A stretch of 64,000 nucleotides of DNA from Camelus ferus (Eukaryota). Location of the stretch: positions 65,722,001 through 65,786,000 of the forward strand of contig NC_045696.1 of NCBI RefSeq assembly GCF_009834535.1. Direction: 5' to 3'. The first letter of the stretch is position 1; each line of letters opens with the position of its first letter. Under the pieces are notes generated by a model. That model was not told where the DNA came from, did not search any database, and saw nothing but the letters and a program-made list of their open reading frames with translations. The position numbers and the translations under genes are program-made. This document shows positions 1 through 11,889 of the stretch, in pieces.

Positions 1-89
1 ATTGAAAGGATTTACTGTAAAGTACCCAGGCATGCTTGATTTGGAAACTACTGCAGGGTTTTTGGATTAGGCAGAAAGGATTTTCATTT

Positions 90-241
90 GCTTGGCTCAT
101 GAACCTCTTTGAGAGTCTAATGACACTTGAAAGTTCTATCCAGCAAATGAATTTACACAAAAAATGTCTTCTAGAATTTTCTTTTTGGGGGAGTGTGTAA
201 TGTACATTTCAAAGTCCATATAGAGAATCAAGTATTACCCC
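90..241 (+). mobile_element. Degenerate hAT-Charlie non-autonomous element (Charlie4z-like)
   Basis: ttggctcatgaacctctttgagagtctaatga...ccagcaaatg...acacaaaaaatg resembles the recalled Charlie4z consensus; heavily diverged. Confidence 0.45.
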
Positions 242-2309
242 TTTTGGGAGAAAGTTTTAAACCTTCATATACGAGTTAGGGTAGAGGGGAAAAAGTAAAG
301 CAACTGTGTCTTTCTGTGAAGTTGAGATGGGGTGGAAAGAGGCAAGCAGTAGAGAGTAGTTATTGGGAGAAATGGCCCGAGATCAATGCTCAAGGCATTT
401 CCTAGAGCACAGCCAGGCTTTTCAAATATGAGGAAGAAAACATGGAAATAGGGCACCACACTCTGAATCCTTGTTCTGTGGTTTCCACTCTGAAATGAAA
501 CCCATTTTTGAACTTCTTCCTTTGGGAGTTAACAATTAAGAACTGGAAAAGAAATAGCAATCGTGAGATACCTAGGATGGCCTTGGTCTGGGGCATGGCT
601 TCCTGATGAATTAGAGAGGTGAAGTGCTAGGATTTTTAACCTTTAATCTTTGGCCCTGTCATCGAGAAGGGCAATTGTATCTGACAAATTAAAGCTGGAA
701 TTGTTATTCTCAACTTTAGCCTGAACTTTTATGTCTGGCTTCGGATAGAAACACATATATCATTTGTATAGTTTTTCCAAAACGATTTCTTTAATGCATG
801 CATTCTAAGATGAATCTCACTGTTACTGACCTTGGACAAGTGCCTTATTCACACATAACTTTAATTTCTTTACATAAGCAGCTTATTTAAGTGGACAGTC
901 GTTGGTGTTCAAGCTAGGTTATCTCAGGGTTATTATTTTATATCTGTGAAAGTATACCGATAAAATGAGGATAATATTTTCTTAGGGCATTATAGGGATT
1001 AAAAAAATTGTACCAGAATGTTAAAATGGGGTTCTTTCTATCTCAGCTTTTGGCTGTGGCCCAGAAAAGCTGAGGGGCAAAAAGAAAAAAAAAAGAGAGA
1101 GAGTAGTCTTTCCTCTTGGATTCCAAAGTGAGGTGCTAGACTTCTGCAGTATTTGTAAAGGAGTTTGCTACAAATCGTTTTTCCCAACTTTAATCCACTA
1201 AAAAATGATATTGAATAGCTACAGAAGGAGGATTTCTCTGGAGCAAGTTATTGAAGAACAGTGACAGTTTCCCTCTTCTTTTGATAGAGAAAGAGTTTCA
1301 AGAAAAGCTTGACATATACCCACTGAAGCCGGGTAGACCCCATAGAACAGACTGTGAAATCTAAAGCACAGAGTGAGGAGATGGGTTTACACAAGAACAA
1401 CTTTCCTTTCAGTGACCAGAGTCAAGGATGTGGGTTTTCTGGGGAGCAGATAAAGAGCAAGCATGTGGGTAGAGCTGGTCTAGGTTAACCATAAAAGGCA
1501 GCTTCCCCGAAGGGCTGCCTGCCTGGGGTTATGGGTGAGGTGACCTCAGCAGGATGCTGGTGGTGGTGTCAGATGAAGAAGCTGAGAGGGTAGGGTGACA
1601 ATGAGGAGGAACACTGACCTGCACTGAAGAGAAGCATTGCTGGAGGCAAGGGTATTTATGTCAGTGTTCTCAGCGGGGGTTATACAATGACCCCACAAAA
1701 ACAGCCCATGGTAAGTTGTCAGCTTTGAGCATTTCCTGAGGCCAGAGAGCATACAAATCAGGTCACTGGTGGTATCAGTCATGCACGACTTTTCTTTACC
1801 TCTCTGCACCTCCATCCCCAGTGCCTGGGGAGACAGAAGGCAGCTTACTGCGGCTGGGAAGGGGTGAGGAGAACCTGACCGCAAACCGCTTTCCACTGCA
1901 GCTTTCCAGCTTGAAAAGGAGAAACTTTTATAATATTCAGAGTTTAGTCTAGGACTATGAATGGTTATTTTAATTACTTAAATATAGTTATTTTTCTAAT
2001 AAAAATGAGGGGCCAGATATTTGTTATTTCAATGTGACCTGCAGAGCCATAGTACCTGCCTTTGTTTTTACCCAAGAGATAGGAAACAGCTAGCACTGAA
2101 TGTGTTTGAATGCATGTGGGTGGGAGATAAAACTGCTTTTCTGATTATGTCCTATGGAGTCCTCCTCTTTCAATTAAGTAGTTATAACAACAATGATATG
2201 GATACAAGTGTTTATTGACCTGATTCTGTAGAATGTGTGTAACTGTGCTGAGTATCTTCTGTCTGCTCACCAGATATATTCTTTGCCCTTTCTCATTCTA
2301 CTTTCAGTC

Positions 2310-2655
2310 CAGAAAACTAACCTGTCTGAATCCCAGAGAAGTTCCTGTGCTCCCTGTCTTTGGTTTGGGGCAGGCAGTGAGCAGCTTTGGCAGGAGAGAC
2401 CGGAAGGAGAGAGGAAGTGAAAATCAGAATAATTTTCCCCTCACTCCTTCCTTGCAAGATCACTTCCTCTTAACCAAAGGTCAGGGCTTCTCCAAGGCAT
2501 CTGACTCTTCAGGCCAGAGTCCTGGGTTGCTGCTCCATCCATTGTGATTTGTCTCTACTCAGCCTTTTGAAAATAGCCTTGCTGTGTCTAACCATCCTTG
2601 TATTCTCCTGTTTCAAATATGCTACCTGTTTCCTGCAGGAACCCAGACTGACACA
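2310..2655 (+). mobile_element. Old ERVL-type LTR remnant (LTR33/LTR16-like 3' end)
   Basis: Ends in gctacctgtttcctgcaggaacccagactgacaca, resembling the LTR33-like terminus (...ctgtttcctgctgggaccctgactgataca); left boundary uncertain. Confidence 0.5.
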
Positions 2656-3335
2656 ATAGTATTACTGTTTTGCTGACCTCAAGATATTAATGGGAGAATT
2701 AAAACAATAGGAGTTGTGAAAATGTTTCTGGCAATTAAATTCAAATATAAAGTATTATACTATTGTTAATGTTTTACAAGGCATTTTCAGTATTGTGTGA
2801 AGTGAGGGAAACCATCCTTTAGAAGAATTCCACGCAAATCATCAACATTTTCTAATTAAAAGGTTTTTTCAAAGAGTAGATAATATTTTGCCAGGAATAT
2901 TGTCACAGCTGCTTCTTTTTATTTGCGTAAACTGAATGTTCACTAACTTCAGGCTTTCAGCAAGTGAACTGAATGAAGAAAATATTTTGGATTTCAAAGA
3001 ATGATTGAGCTAACTTTGTGTTGAGAGTTAAAGTAATTCTCACATCCAATTGAAAATGAAGCTAGGGTCATGTTTAGATGAAAAAAATGTTGAATATAAT
3101 TTAAAATGGGAAACAATAGATGGCTGTCTGCTTCATTTCAATATGATCTGATATTGACTTTTCCCTGTTTAACTTTTTAAATATTTCTTTTCTTTTTTTA
3201 TTTTTCCCCTAGCTGTTCTTTCATTCTTATATTTCCATGTCTTATAGACCTTTTTAAAAGCAGAGTTTAAAATTTTTCTTTTCTGAAAACTTTATAGTAT
3301 GTTAAACTAAAACAATTCATTTCTTATGGTTGAGA

Positions 3336-3831
3336 CAGAGTTTTAAAACCCAGGACCATGTCCCAATGTAATTCAGAGATCCATAAACATGGATGGGAAA
3401 TGTTACATCTTCAGTTTCATTATCCTCTATTGAAATATAGCATTTTCTTCAGTTATGAATGCAGAAAACAAGTCACAATAGTATTGGCAGTAAGTAGACC
3501 CATGCCACAATTAGAAATCACAGATACATTCAGATCACATTTTTGTCATTATGGATACTTTGAAATTGTTTTTATGTTCCGCATTATTTGAAATTATCAT
3601 TCTTTTTTAGAAACATCTCAGATCTTATTTTATGCCTAAATAAAGAAGCATATATGTTGTCGTATTACAAAGTGATTTTTTTAAGTCTTTTGATAATTCT
3701 GTTTCTATATATTGGTAACCTTTAAATTTACGACTTTTGTTCATTTAAAAACAACATTCTGAGAAGGGGTTCATGGGTTTCACCAAAGTGCCAAAGTGGC
3801 CCATGACACAAATAAAGCTTATGAATTCCTG
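3336..3831 (+). mobile_element. Charlie4a-like hAT DNA transposon, near full length (~500 bp)
   Basis: Starts CAG and ends CTG. Internal blocks (attcagagatccataaacatggatgggaaa; attctgagaaggggttcatgggtttcaccaaagtgccaaagtggcccatgacacaaa) match the recalled Charlie4a consensus. Degenerate 8-bp TSD ggttgaga (3328-3335) / gattaaga (3832-3839). Confidence 0.8.
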
Positions 3832-5393
3832 GATTAAGAGATGGGTGAGATCTTTGAGCTACAGTGTAGAAAATGAATCTCAGATCTATAATCTTGTCTT
3901 GGTGAGTATAAGAAAATAGAAAATGCATGTCTGAGAAGCAGAAAAATTGATGACATATACTTGAACAGCACAGTTGTTTATACGCAACAAAGAAAGTGTT
4001 TTGTATACATTCATGCTAGTAAGGTAACAAGATAATTCCCAGCCTTGTGAAGAATTCAAAAACAAGTAAGGAAGAAATAAAGCTATCTGGACTAAAGGAC
4101 CAAAGCTATTATCTCATGTAATGTAATCAAAGAACAGCAAATAACTTTATGTACAGCTCTCCTAAGCAAAATTATTATAATTTTTATGAACCTTTTTTTT
4201 ATAAAATAGTTGCAAAACTCTAAACTGTATATTCTTGCTACAAAATATGCAAAAACATTCATTTTAATCCTGTGACTTTATTACATATATTTAAATGATG
4301 CTCAAATAATCTTTGTAACAGACAATAGAAAAATTTAACATTTAATTTTGTTTGAGTTAGCATTATACTTTGAAAGAAATCTAAAATTATTTTTCAGTTA
4401 AAACTCAAGAACGTGTATAGAAATCCATTATGCAGTAGCTATTACTTACCTCCCATTGTTTTCCAACTCTTTAATATACAAATTTAATATTTACTTTAAG
4501 ACCAAGAACAAGAATTGTAATAAAAAGTGAATCCTGAAGAAAAATTTCATAGGAAGTATCCTTGGAATCTAGTTTGAAGGAGTAAAACATCAACTATGGA
4601 AAATAAAAATATAAAAAACTTGTACATAAATTGTAAGTAAAAAGAAAATTATTAATTTGTATATGTCACTCTAAATAAATTCTAAATAAAACAATCCTGA
4701 CATTGAAGGTCACCTCTCTCATTAAGCCATAGAGTACAAAGGAGCAGTCTCTGTGTTCTGATCTAATGGCACTCATGAAGCAAAATATAGAGTATAGATT
4801 AGGGGAAATCCTCAATTTTTCAAGCCCCTGAGGCAAACATCTATGCAAAGGAAAAATAAAAAAATAAGCTCTCTTTAATACTTCCAACCTTCTGAAAATA
4901 GTTGAAGGTAAAGGAAAAGAGAGAAAAAGGGAAAAGAAAACTGATACTTTTTGACCTCTGAAGATCATCAATTACTCTACTTAAATTCTTTCTTTCTTTA
5001 TACGACACTGGATGGGACCATCACAGTTTGGTTCCAGAGACACTGACTAGGGTTATAGAGGTTTTGTACTGCATAGTCCAGAGGTGACAACCTGAATGAT
5101 CGCTGAATACAGCATCCCTGTGTGGTCCCAACTGTCCTTCCCAATTTCACTTCTTGTCCTGCTTCACCTGATACTGAGCCCACATCATGCTATTTAGTCC
5201 TCCCAAGAACATGCCCTGAATATTTGAGCCTCTAAGCCATCACTTACATGACTGCCTTTTAACAGAATAATTGTTCTTACCCAATTAACTTTTCAAACAT
5301 GGTACTAGTTATTCGGGCCAAAAATGTTGTTATTGCTGAATTTGACAAATCAACTTTTTTCATCAATTCTGGAACATTATTGAAAAAATGCCT

Positions 5394-5495
5394 GGGGGTG
5401 GGTATAGCTCAGTGGAACAGTGGGTCCTTAGTATGCACAAGGTCCTGGGTTCAACCCCCAGTACCTTCACTAAAAAATCTGCATAATTAAAAAAA
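5394..5495 (+). mobile_element. tRNA-derived SINE, Vic-1-like (camelid)
   Basis: gggggtgggtatagctcagtgg (A box) ... ggtcctgggttcaacccccagtacc (B box), followed by an A-rich tail. Confidence 0.85.
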
Positions 5496-6103
5496 TAGTG
5501 ATTCTGTTCTTTTTCTCCCCACTAAACTCTAATTAGATTAAATTGTATGTTATAATTTCCCATTCTATTATCCATATTTTTGTGATATATTCTGAGTCAT
5601 TTTCTCAGTGTTATCATATGATAAATGTATTTACTCTTCTGCCAGATCTGCTTTGTGGTTTATCTCACTGTTTAATTTTATTTCTTTAATTTGTTATGAA
5701 GCATTTCAGACACGGACCAAAATAGGATAGAATAACTGACTCTTACGTGTGCATCATTCTAAATTAACAATTACTGATTATGGCAGGTCTTGCTTAATTT
5801 ATTCCACTCCCACTCCTGCGTTATTTTGAAGCAAATCCTAGAAAAATACCTTCAACTAAATATTTAAATGACAATAAATCTAACTTTAACGTAACTCATC
5901 CACAGAATGAGTGGATGAGGTAGAAATTCCCCTTTATAGAATTATTCTAAGCTAATAAATGAAGAAAGAATGATAGAATATCTCTATTTTGTAAACCCTA
6001 ATGAAATGATGGCTCTAGACAATGATCATTAATTTCTGGTGATCATATTTAACAGTAAACAGTATTTTAAAATTAAATAATAATTTAAAATTAAACATAT
6101 TTA

Positions 6104-6579
6104 TTTACTAAGTATAGTTGATTTTTAATATTGTGTTAGTTTTAGGTGTACAACTTCACATTCTTTTCCATTATTACAAGATATTGAATATAGTTCCATG
6201 TGCTGTACAGTAAATCCTTGTTGTTTATCTATTTTATACATAGAAGTGAGTATCTATTAATTCCATACTCCTAATTTATCCCTCCACCCACCTTGGTAAC
6301 TATAACTTTGTTTTCTATGTCTGTGAGTCTGTTTCTGTTTTGTAAATAAGCTCAGTTGTATTTTAAAAAAAAATTTTTGTTTTTAAAGTTGTTTGTATTT
6401 TTTTTGGAGTGGGGAGGTAATTTATGTGTTTATTTTTAGATGAGGTACAGGGGCTCAAACCCAGGACCTTGTGAATGCTAAGTTTGCGCTCTACCACTTG
6501 AGCTATACCCATTTATATTTTTTTTGATTCCACATATAATGATATGTAGTATTTGTCTTTCTCTGCCTGACCTACTTCA
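6104..6579 (-). mobile_element. 5'-truncated artiodactyl L1 3' end with TSD
   Basis: aagtatagttgatttttaatattgtgttagttttaggtgtaca...tttgttttctatgtctgtgagtctgtttctgttttgtaaataag. TSD aaaattaaacatattta (6087-6103) / aaaagtaaacatattta (6580-6596), 16/17 identical. Confidence 0.9.
6395..6510 (-). mobile_element. Vic-1-like SINE nested in an L1 3' end
   Basis: Reverse complement reads gggtatagctcaagtggtagagcgcaaacttagcattcacaaggtcctgggtttgagcccctgtacc...aattacctcccc, then an A tail. Confidence 0.9.
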
Positions 6580-7031
6580 AAAAGTAAACATATTTAAAAG
6601 TAAACAATCGTTACTTAAAATCATCAAGTAGCCACAGTTCACCATTGCCTCATATATGTTAATTTTAAAACATATCATTGTTTGAACTAGGACCTCCCCC
6701 CCAAAGTATGATTGGTTAATAAATCCCTTAAACCTATTTAATCTCTTGGATCCCCTTCCCCCTCCATCTCTTCTTGGACTTTTTTTTTTTTTTTTTTTCA
6801 GTTCTGTTTTATAGGTAGTATTGAGTTCTTCCATCAGGGGGCATGTAATGACTTGCTATTTTTCCTCTTGTGATGCTAGCAGAAATTGATGATCACTGTC
6901 TAGAACCATCATTTCATTAGAGATTGCCAAATAGACATTCTAATACTATCATTCCTTCTTCATTTACTAGCTGAAATAATTCTTTAAAGAGGAATTTCTA
7001 CCTCATCTACTAATTCTATCATTTCTCTCTC

Positions 7032-7175
7032 TTTTATTGAAGTATAGTCAGTTTACAATGTTGTGTCAATTCCTGGTGTACAGCATAATATTTCAGTCAT
7101 ACCTATATACACATACTCATTTTCATATTCTTTTTCATTATAGGTTACTACAAGATATTGAATGTAGTTCTCTGC
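7032..7175 (-). mobile_element. Short camelid-type L1 3' end
   Basis: ttttattgaagtatagtcagtttacaatgttgtgtcaattcctggtgtacagcataat, closely similar to the copy at 9864-10078. Confidence 0.9.
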
Positions 7176-9339
7176 ATTTTCCTTTGATATATATTGTTGC
7201 TCTCTTTCATTTTTAATTTATATGTTTTTCTTATATAATTAGTCCATTCTTTTATTGTCAATCTTTCTAAAGCTCTTTGTTTTTACTTGTGTCACTTAAA
7301 TGCATAAAAGTTGAATTTTTCTTTATCAGCCAATTTGAAAATAAGTGTTAATTCCATTTACATTTATTGATATGATCAATATTTTTTGAATTCATCATAT
7401 TTTAAAGGTTATATTTATACATGATTCTTTCACATATAGTTTTTCACTGTCTTATTTTATGTTGCTCTCTTTTTTATAGGAAAATTTTTATTTTTATTCT
7501 TACGGTTATTTTTTGTATTCATATTTTATATAAAAAACTTGGTCACCTTTCTTTTCAGTTTTTGTCTTTTATTTTTTTAGTAAAAGATTCACTAAACTTA
7601 GTTTGTAATCTTTTCTTTTCCTTCTTCTCCATGTCCCCAAGCAACTATCTGTGGTAATAATATCCCTTTATTCCCAGTTAATAGCCACGAAACAATCAAA
7701 AACTCATTCAAATTTTTATAAGCTCTCACTATTGTCCCTGAATTGTTTGATAATTTGCTGTATCTATATTGTCAGACTGTATACCTATAACACTGGGAGC
7801 TCTTTTTTTTTTTTTTTTTTTTGCAACTATCATTTGAATTTAATTCTAAAGTTATGCTCAAACCAATTCTTATGATAATATTTCTCCAGTCATTTTGATT
7901 GTCTGAAGAAATTCGTCTAAGTAGCTTACTCAGGAAGTGCTCATGAGAACAATATTCTCTAATTTTTGCTTGTTTATAATAGTTTATTTTTAGCCTTTAT
8001 ATGTGAAAATCTATTCAAGTGCATATTAAATGCTTGCCAATTTCCCTTTATTTCTTGAAAGCTGAACTATTTTCGAACTATATCTTCTAGTGTAGTCTCT
8101 CTTTATAACACTTCCTAATGAAACTATGATGAAACTTCAATGTAGTTTATATATATTTATGATATTTATGCAATACAATTTGGTGTATATGCTTATATGC
8201 TATTATGAATTCATGTATACATATTTACATTAACATTTATATGTTGATTTTCAAATTATTTAGTAGACTATGTTGCAAGGCTCAAGTTTAGTAGACTACG
8301 TTGCAAGTAATATTTATTAGAAGGCATAATATTTTCTTCACTTATATTTGGGATTTCCATGGACTTCTTTATAAATTGCCTTTAAACATATCTCTTCTTG
8401 CATTATGTTATAATTCATTATAAGTATTTCCATGTTTTTTATTGGTATATGATTTCTTTGAGGGGCAAAGACTATTTTTCGACTCTGTACAACATAACCC
8501 ACCACAGTGCCTAAAACACAGTGGAACACGTTTGAATTTGTTCAAATAAACGAGGGTCTGAATTTCAAGATACAGGTGTGGGATTTGTTTCAAGTACAGG
8601 TAGGATAAATTACAGTCCCAAAGTGATGATTTTATTTCCTGTTGTAGCTTTAAGACCCTTTCAGAACAGAAGTCTAGCAAATTGCATCCTGTATGCTAAG
8701 AAACATGGAACAGAGTAAAGTCATGGACCAGGGATAAGCACGGCAAGTTCTGGAGCTACCCGTAACAAGGCGCAACTCAAGCAGTGATGTGGAGACGAGT
8801 GCATGAAGAAATTAAGTGCTGGATTATGAAATTCTTCACAGAATTTCCTTAAGGAGTTTGCTTTTGTCTTGTAAGTAATGGGAACATTTCCTGAACAGAT
8901 TTTTGTGTGAGTTGATCCCCTGGCAGCAAAGTAAAGGATACACTGGTGATAAAGGGGCGGGCAGGGGGGTGGAAGCAGAGATGAGGAAAGACTGGAGAAA
9001 GAAGACATGTGGAAAGGATGATTTAGACCAGAATTCGGACAGCCTTAAAGTGAAAGATATTTCACATATAAAACAAATAAGAGTAAGAGAATTTTGTGAA
9101 CACTGGAATGTTTAAGGTGAGCTAAAGGAATCCCAGTAAATTCCCCAAATTCCAGACTATGGTCAGTGGGTGGTCTTTTGTGCTCGTGCTGATATGAAAT
9201 GTACAGCACGAGGAACAGATATTGAGGGGATAGGAAATGAATTCAGTTTGAATGACTGCTTTAAACAACTGACAGTCAATGATTAAAGTAATGAAAGTTA
9301 ATGACTCTAACTCAGTTATAATGGTTAACAGTTTACAAC

Positions 9340-9510
9340 ACACTCATTTGATTTTTTTATGGAGGCAAGTAATTATCCCCATTTTACACACAAATAAGCT
9401 GAGGATCACAGAGGATAGGATTCTTATACAAATCACATGGCTAGAAATGATCAGAAATTTGACTTAAACACATGTGTTCTGACTCCAGGTTCTGAGAGCT
9501 CTTCACTACT
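9340..9510 (-). mobile_element. MIR SINE
   Basis: attatccccattttacacacaaataagctgaggatcacagagg...atcacatggctagaaatg (MIR core). Confidence 0.75.
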
Positions 9511-9863
9511 TCTTAGTATAGGGGAGTGGCCTTACTCACATCATTTGGAAAGCTTTGTATCATGGGTAAAAATAAAAATGGTATTCTGGTTATTTCTATT
9601 AACTAAAAAACTCAGTTGACCAGAACATTTATGTCAGAGCACACATGTTCCCCCCTGCCAAATGCTGTTATGTCTTATAGCAACTATTTCATATCTGCAC
9701 GCAGCAGAATCTCCCTCAGAAAACATTAGGACAAACATATTAACACATACCGTGGCAGTCATTTTGACCCCTAAACAGCTACTTCCAAGATATGATGCCA
9801 TGAAACTCAGAATTAGCTAACACACTTTTAAATCTGTTTACCTACCAGGGTTTCATTGAATTT

Positions 9864-10078
9864 TCTTTTTTTTTTTAGCTTTATTTTTTATTGAAGTATA
9901 GTCAGTTTACAACGTTGTGTCAATTTCTTGTGTATAGCATAATGTTTCAGTCATATGTATGCATACATGTATTCCTTTTCATATGCTTTTTCATTACAGA
10001 TTACTACAAGATATTGAATTTAGTTCCCTGTGCTATACAGAAGAAACTTGTTGTTTATCTATTTTATATATAGTAGTT
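9864..10078 (-). mobile_element. 5'-truncated camelid-type L1 3' end
   Basis: Poly-T then ttattgaagtatagtcagtttacaacgttgtgtcaatttc...caagatattgaatttagttccctgtgctatacag. Confidence 0.9.
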
Positions 10079-10555
10079 AGTAACATTTCTGAACCCAGAG
10101 TGGAAGAGATAGAAAATGTTCCTTCTCCAAGAGGTCTCTTACCTCTGTTTACCTTTGTGATCCACAGAGCCAGCTGAGAGTCTGTCCAGGGGAGAACCGA
10201 AACCAGAGAAGCTTCTTTTCTTCTTTGTTTCAATCACATCATTCTCCAGAGACACAAGTTCATCAAGAAGTAAGAGTTTTGCTGCCAGATCAGTGGCTGA
10301 TTTCTCTTCCCTGACTGTGGGTGGTGACTGAACACCCGTGACTCCAGAATCAAAGGCCTAGCGGGCGGGGAGGGTGATCCCGTTCATTAAGAGAAAGAAA
10401 ATCTGTACGATCAACTACATTTGGCTTTTGCTATTTTTGGCTGACATGCCTATCATGACACTTGACTTCTCATGGAGTTATGCTCCAGAGGGAAAGACTT
10501 TGGGAGACAAAAACACATAGAGATGAAGTATATCCAGAGGAAATTAAAAGAAAAC

Positions 10556-10558
<3 letters not shown>

Positions 10559-10590
<32 letters not shown>
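10559..10590. repeat. (AC)16 microsatellite
   Basis: Read directly from the sequence. Confidence 0.95.
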
Positions 10591-10593
<3 letters not shown>

Positions 10594-11088
10594 GAAAAAA
10601 AAAAAGCATGTACTCCAGGCCTGCCTCTCCAATTTAGTACATTAACTAATCTGTCTTGCAGATTCTTTCCCAGTAACAGCTGCCTCCTTCGTTATCACTC
10701 CCGTAGCACTGTACCTACACTTCTTGCATCACTGACTGCATTCATTACATTTTCCCTTGTATTAGATCGGCTGCAATGTAATTGTATTGCGTATCAGATT
10801 GTGACTAACTTGAGGGCAAAGACTATGTCTAATTAGTCTCTATCCAATGCCTCTCCCAATATTTTGCTCATAGTTAGCACTTGTAAATTCCTGATGAATA
10901 TTTGTTGAATAAATTCTGAAAAATATCTAACCTCATGCTATTTTCTTTTTGCCACTCATTCATTCCTTATTGATTAAAGCCACTAAATCCAGCGAGGAGG
11001 CTCTACATTACACCCAAGAGATATAATAATGAGCAAAATCCAGTCTCTGCCCTAAGGGAGCTTAGCATCTCTACCCAAGTGATTTATT

Positions 11089-11889
11089 CTTATTTTTTTA
11101 TTGAAGTGTAGTCGATTTACAGTGCTAGTTTCAACAATTCAGTTATACATTTACATACATACATATATTTTCAGTATCTTTTCTTTTATGGCTCATTACA
11201 AAAAATTAAATACAGTTCCCTGTGCTATACAGTAGATTGTTGTGGTTTATCTATTTTGTATATAGTAATGTGTATCTGTTAATCCCAAACTCCTAATCTA
11301 TCACTACGCCCCCTGTCTCCCTTGGTAGCCACACTTTGTTTTCTATGTCTGTGAGTCTAATTTTGGTTTGTAAATCAAATTTGGGTTTTTGGGTCTTTTT
11401 TTTTTTTTTTTTTTGGATTCCTACATATAAGTGACATCATATGATATTGGTCTTTCTCTGTCTGACTTAGTTCATTTACTATTATACTCTCTAGGTCCAT
11501 CCATGTTGCTGCAAATGACATTATTTTATTCTTTTTTTACGACTGAGTAGTGTTCCATTGTATAAATATACCACATCTTCTTTAGCCATCATCTTGTCAA
11601 TGGACATTTAAGTTGTATCCACATCTTGCCTATTGTAAATCATGCTGTTGTGAACATTAGGGTGCATGTGTCTTTTTGAATCATATTTTTCTCAGGATAT
11701 ATGCCCCGGAGTGGGATTGCAGGAGCATATGGAAAGTCTACTTTAAGATTTTTAAGGAATCTCCATATTGTCCTTCCTAGTGGCCGCACCAGTTTACATT
11801 CCCACCAACAGTGTAGGAGGGTTCCTTTTTCTCCACACCATCTGCAATACTTATTATTTGTAAACTTTTTAATGATGGCCATTCTGTCC
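11089..11889 (-). mobile_element. 5'-truncated L1 (~800 bp): ORF2 C-terminus plus 3' UTR
   Basis: ORF 11640..11897(-) [35 protein letters not shown]...[12 protein letters not shown] matches the L1 ORF2p C-terminal cysteine-rich region. TSD acccaagtgatttatt (11073-11088) / acccacatgatttatt (11890-11905). Confidence 0.95.

Larger units (their letters stand above)
5675..7017 (-). mobile_element. Ancient L1MC-like 3' UTR, interrupted by an inverted duplication and a younger L1+SINE
   Basis: ttattttgaagcaaatcctag and tctagaaccatcatttcattag...cattccttcttcatttactagctg resemble L1MC3/4-type 3' UTR sequence. Confidence 0.65.

Noticed and set aside
1010..1910. GC-richer block containing a 116-aa ORF and a 10-bp hairpin (1042-1074)
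   Set aside because: It may be an old LTR-derived segment, but I cannot assign a family or boundaries. The ORF is unrecognisable and the hairpin is short enough to arise by chance.
8259..8307. CRISPR-like repeat-spacer-repeat
   Set aside because: Only two units with a 7-nt spacer, in mammalian DNA, with no cas genes.
10462..10836. Longest ORF in the track (124 aa)
   Set aside because: It runs through an (AC)n microsatellite and L2-like sequence and has no recognisable homology.
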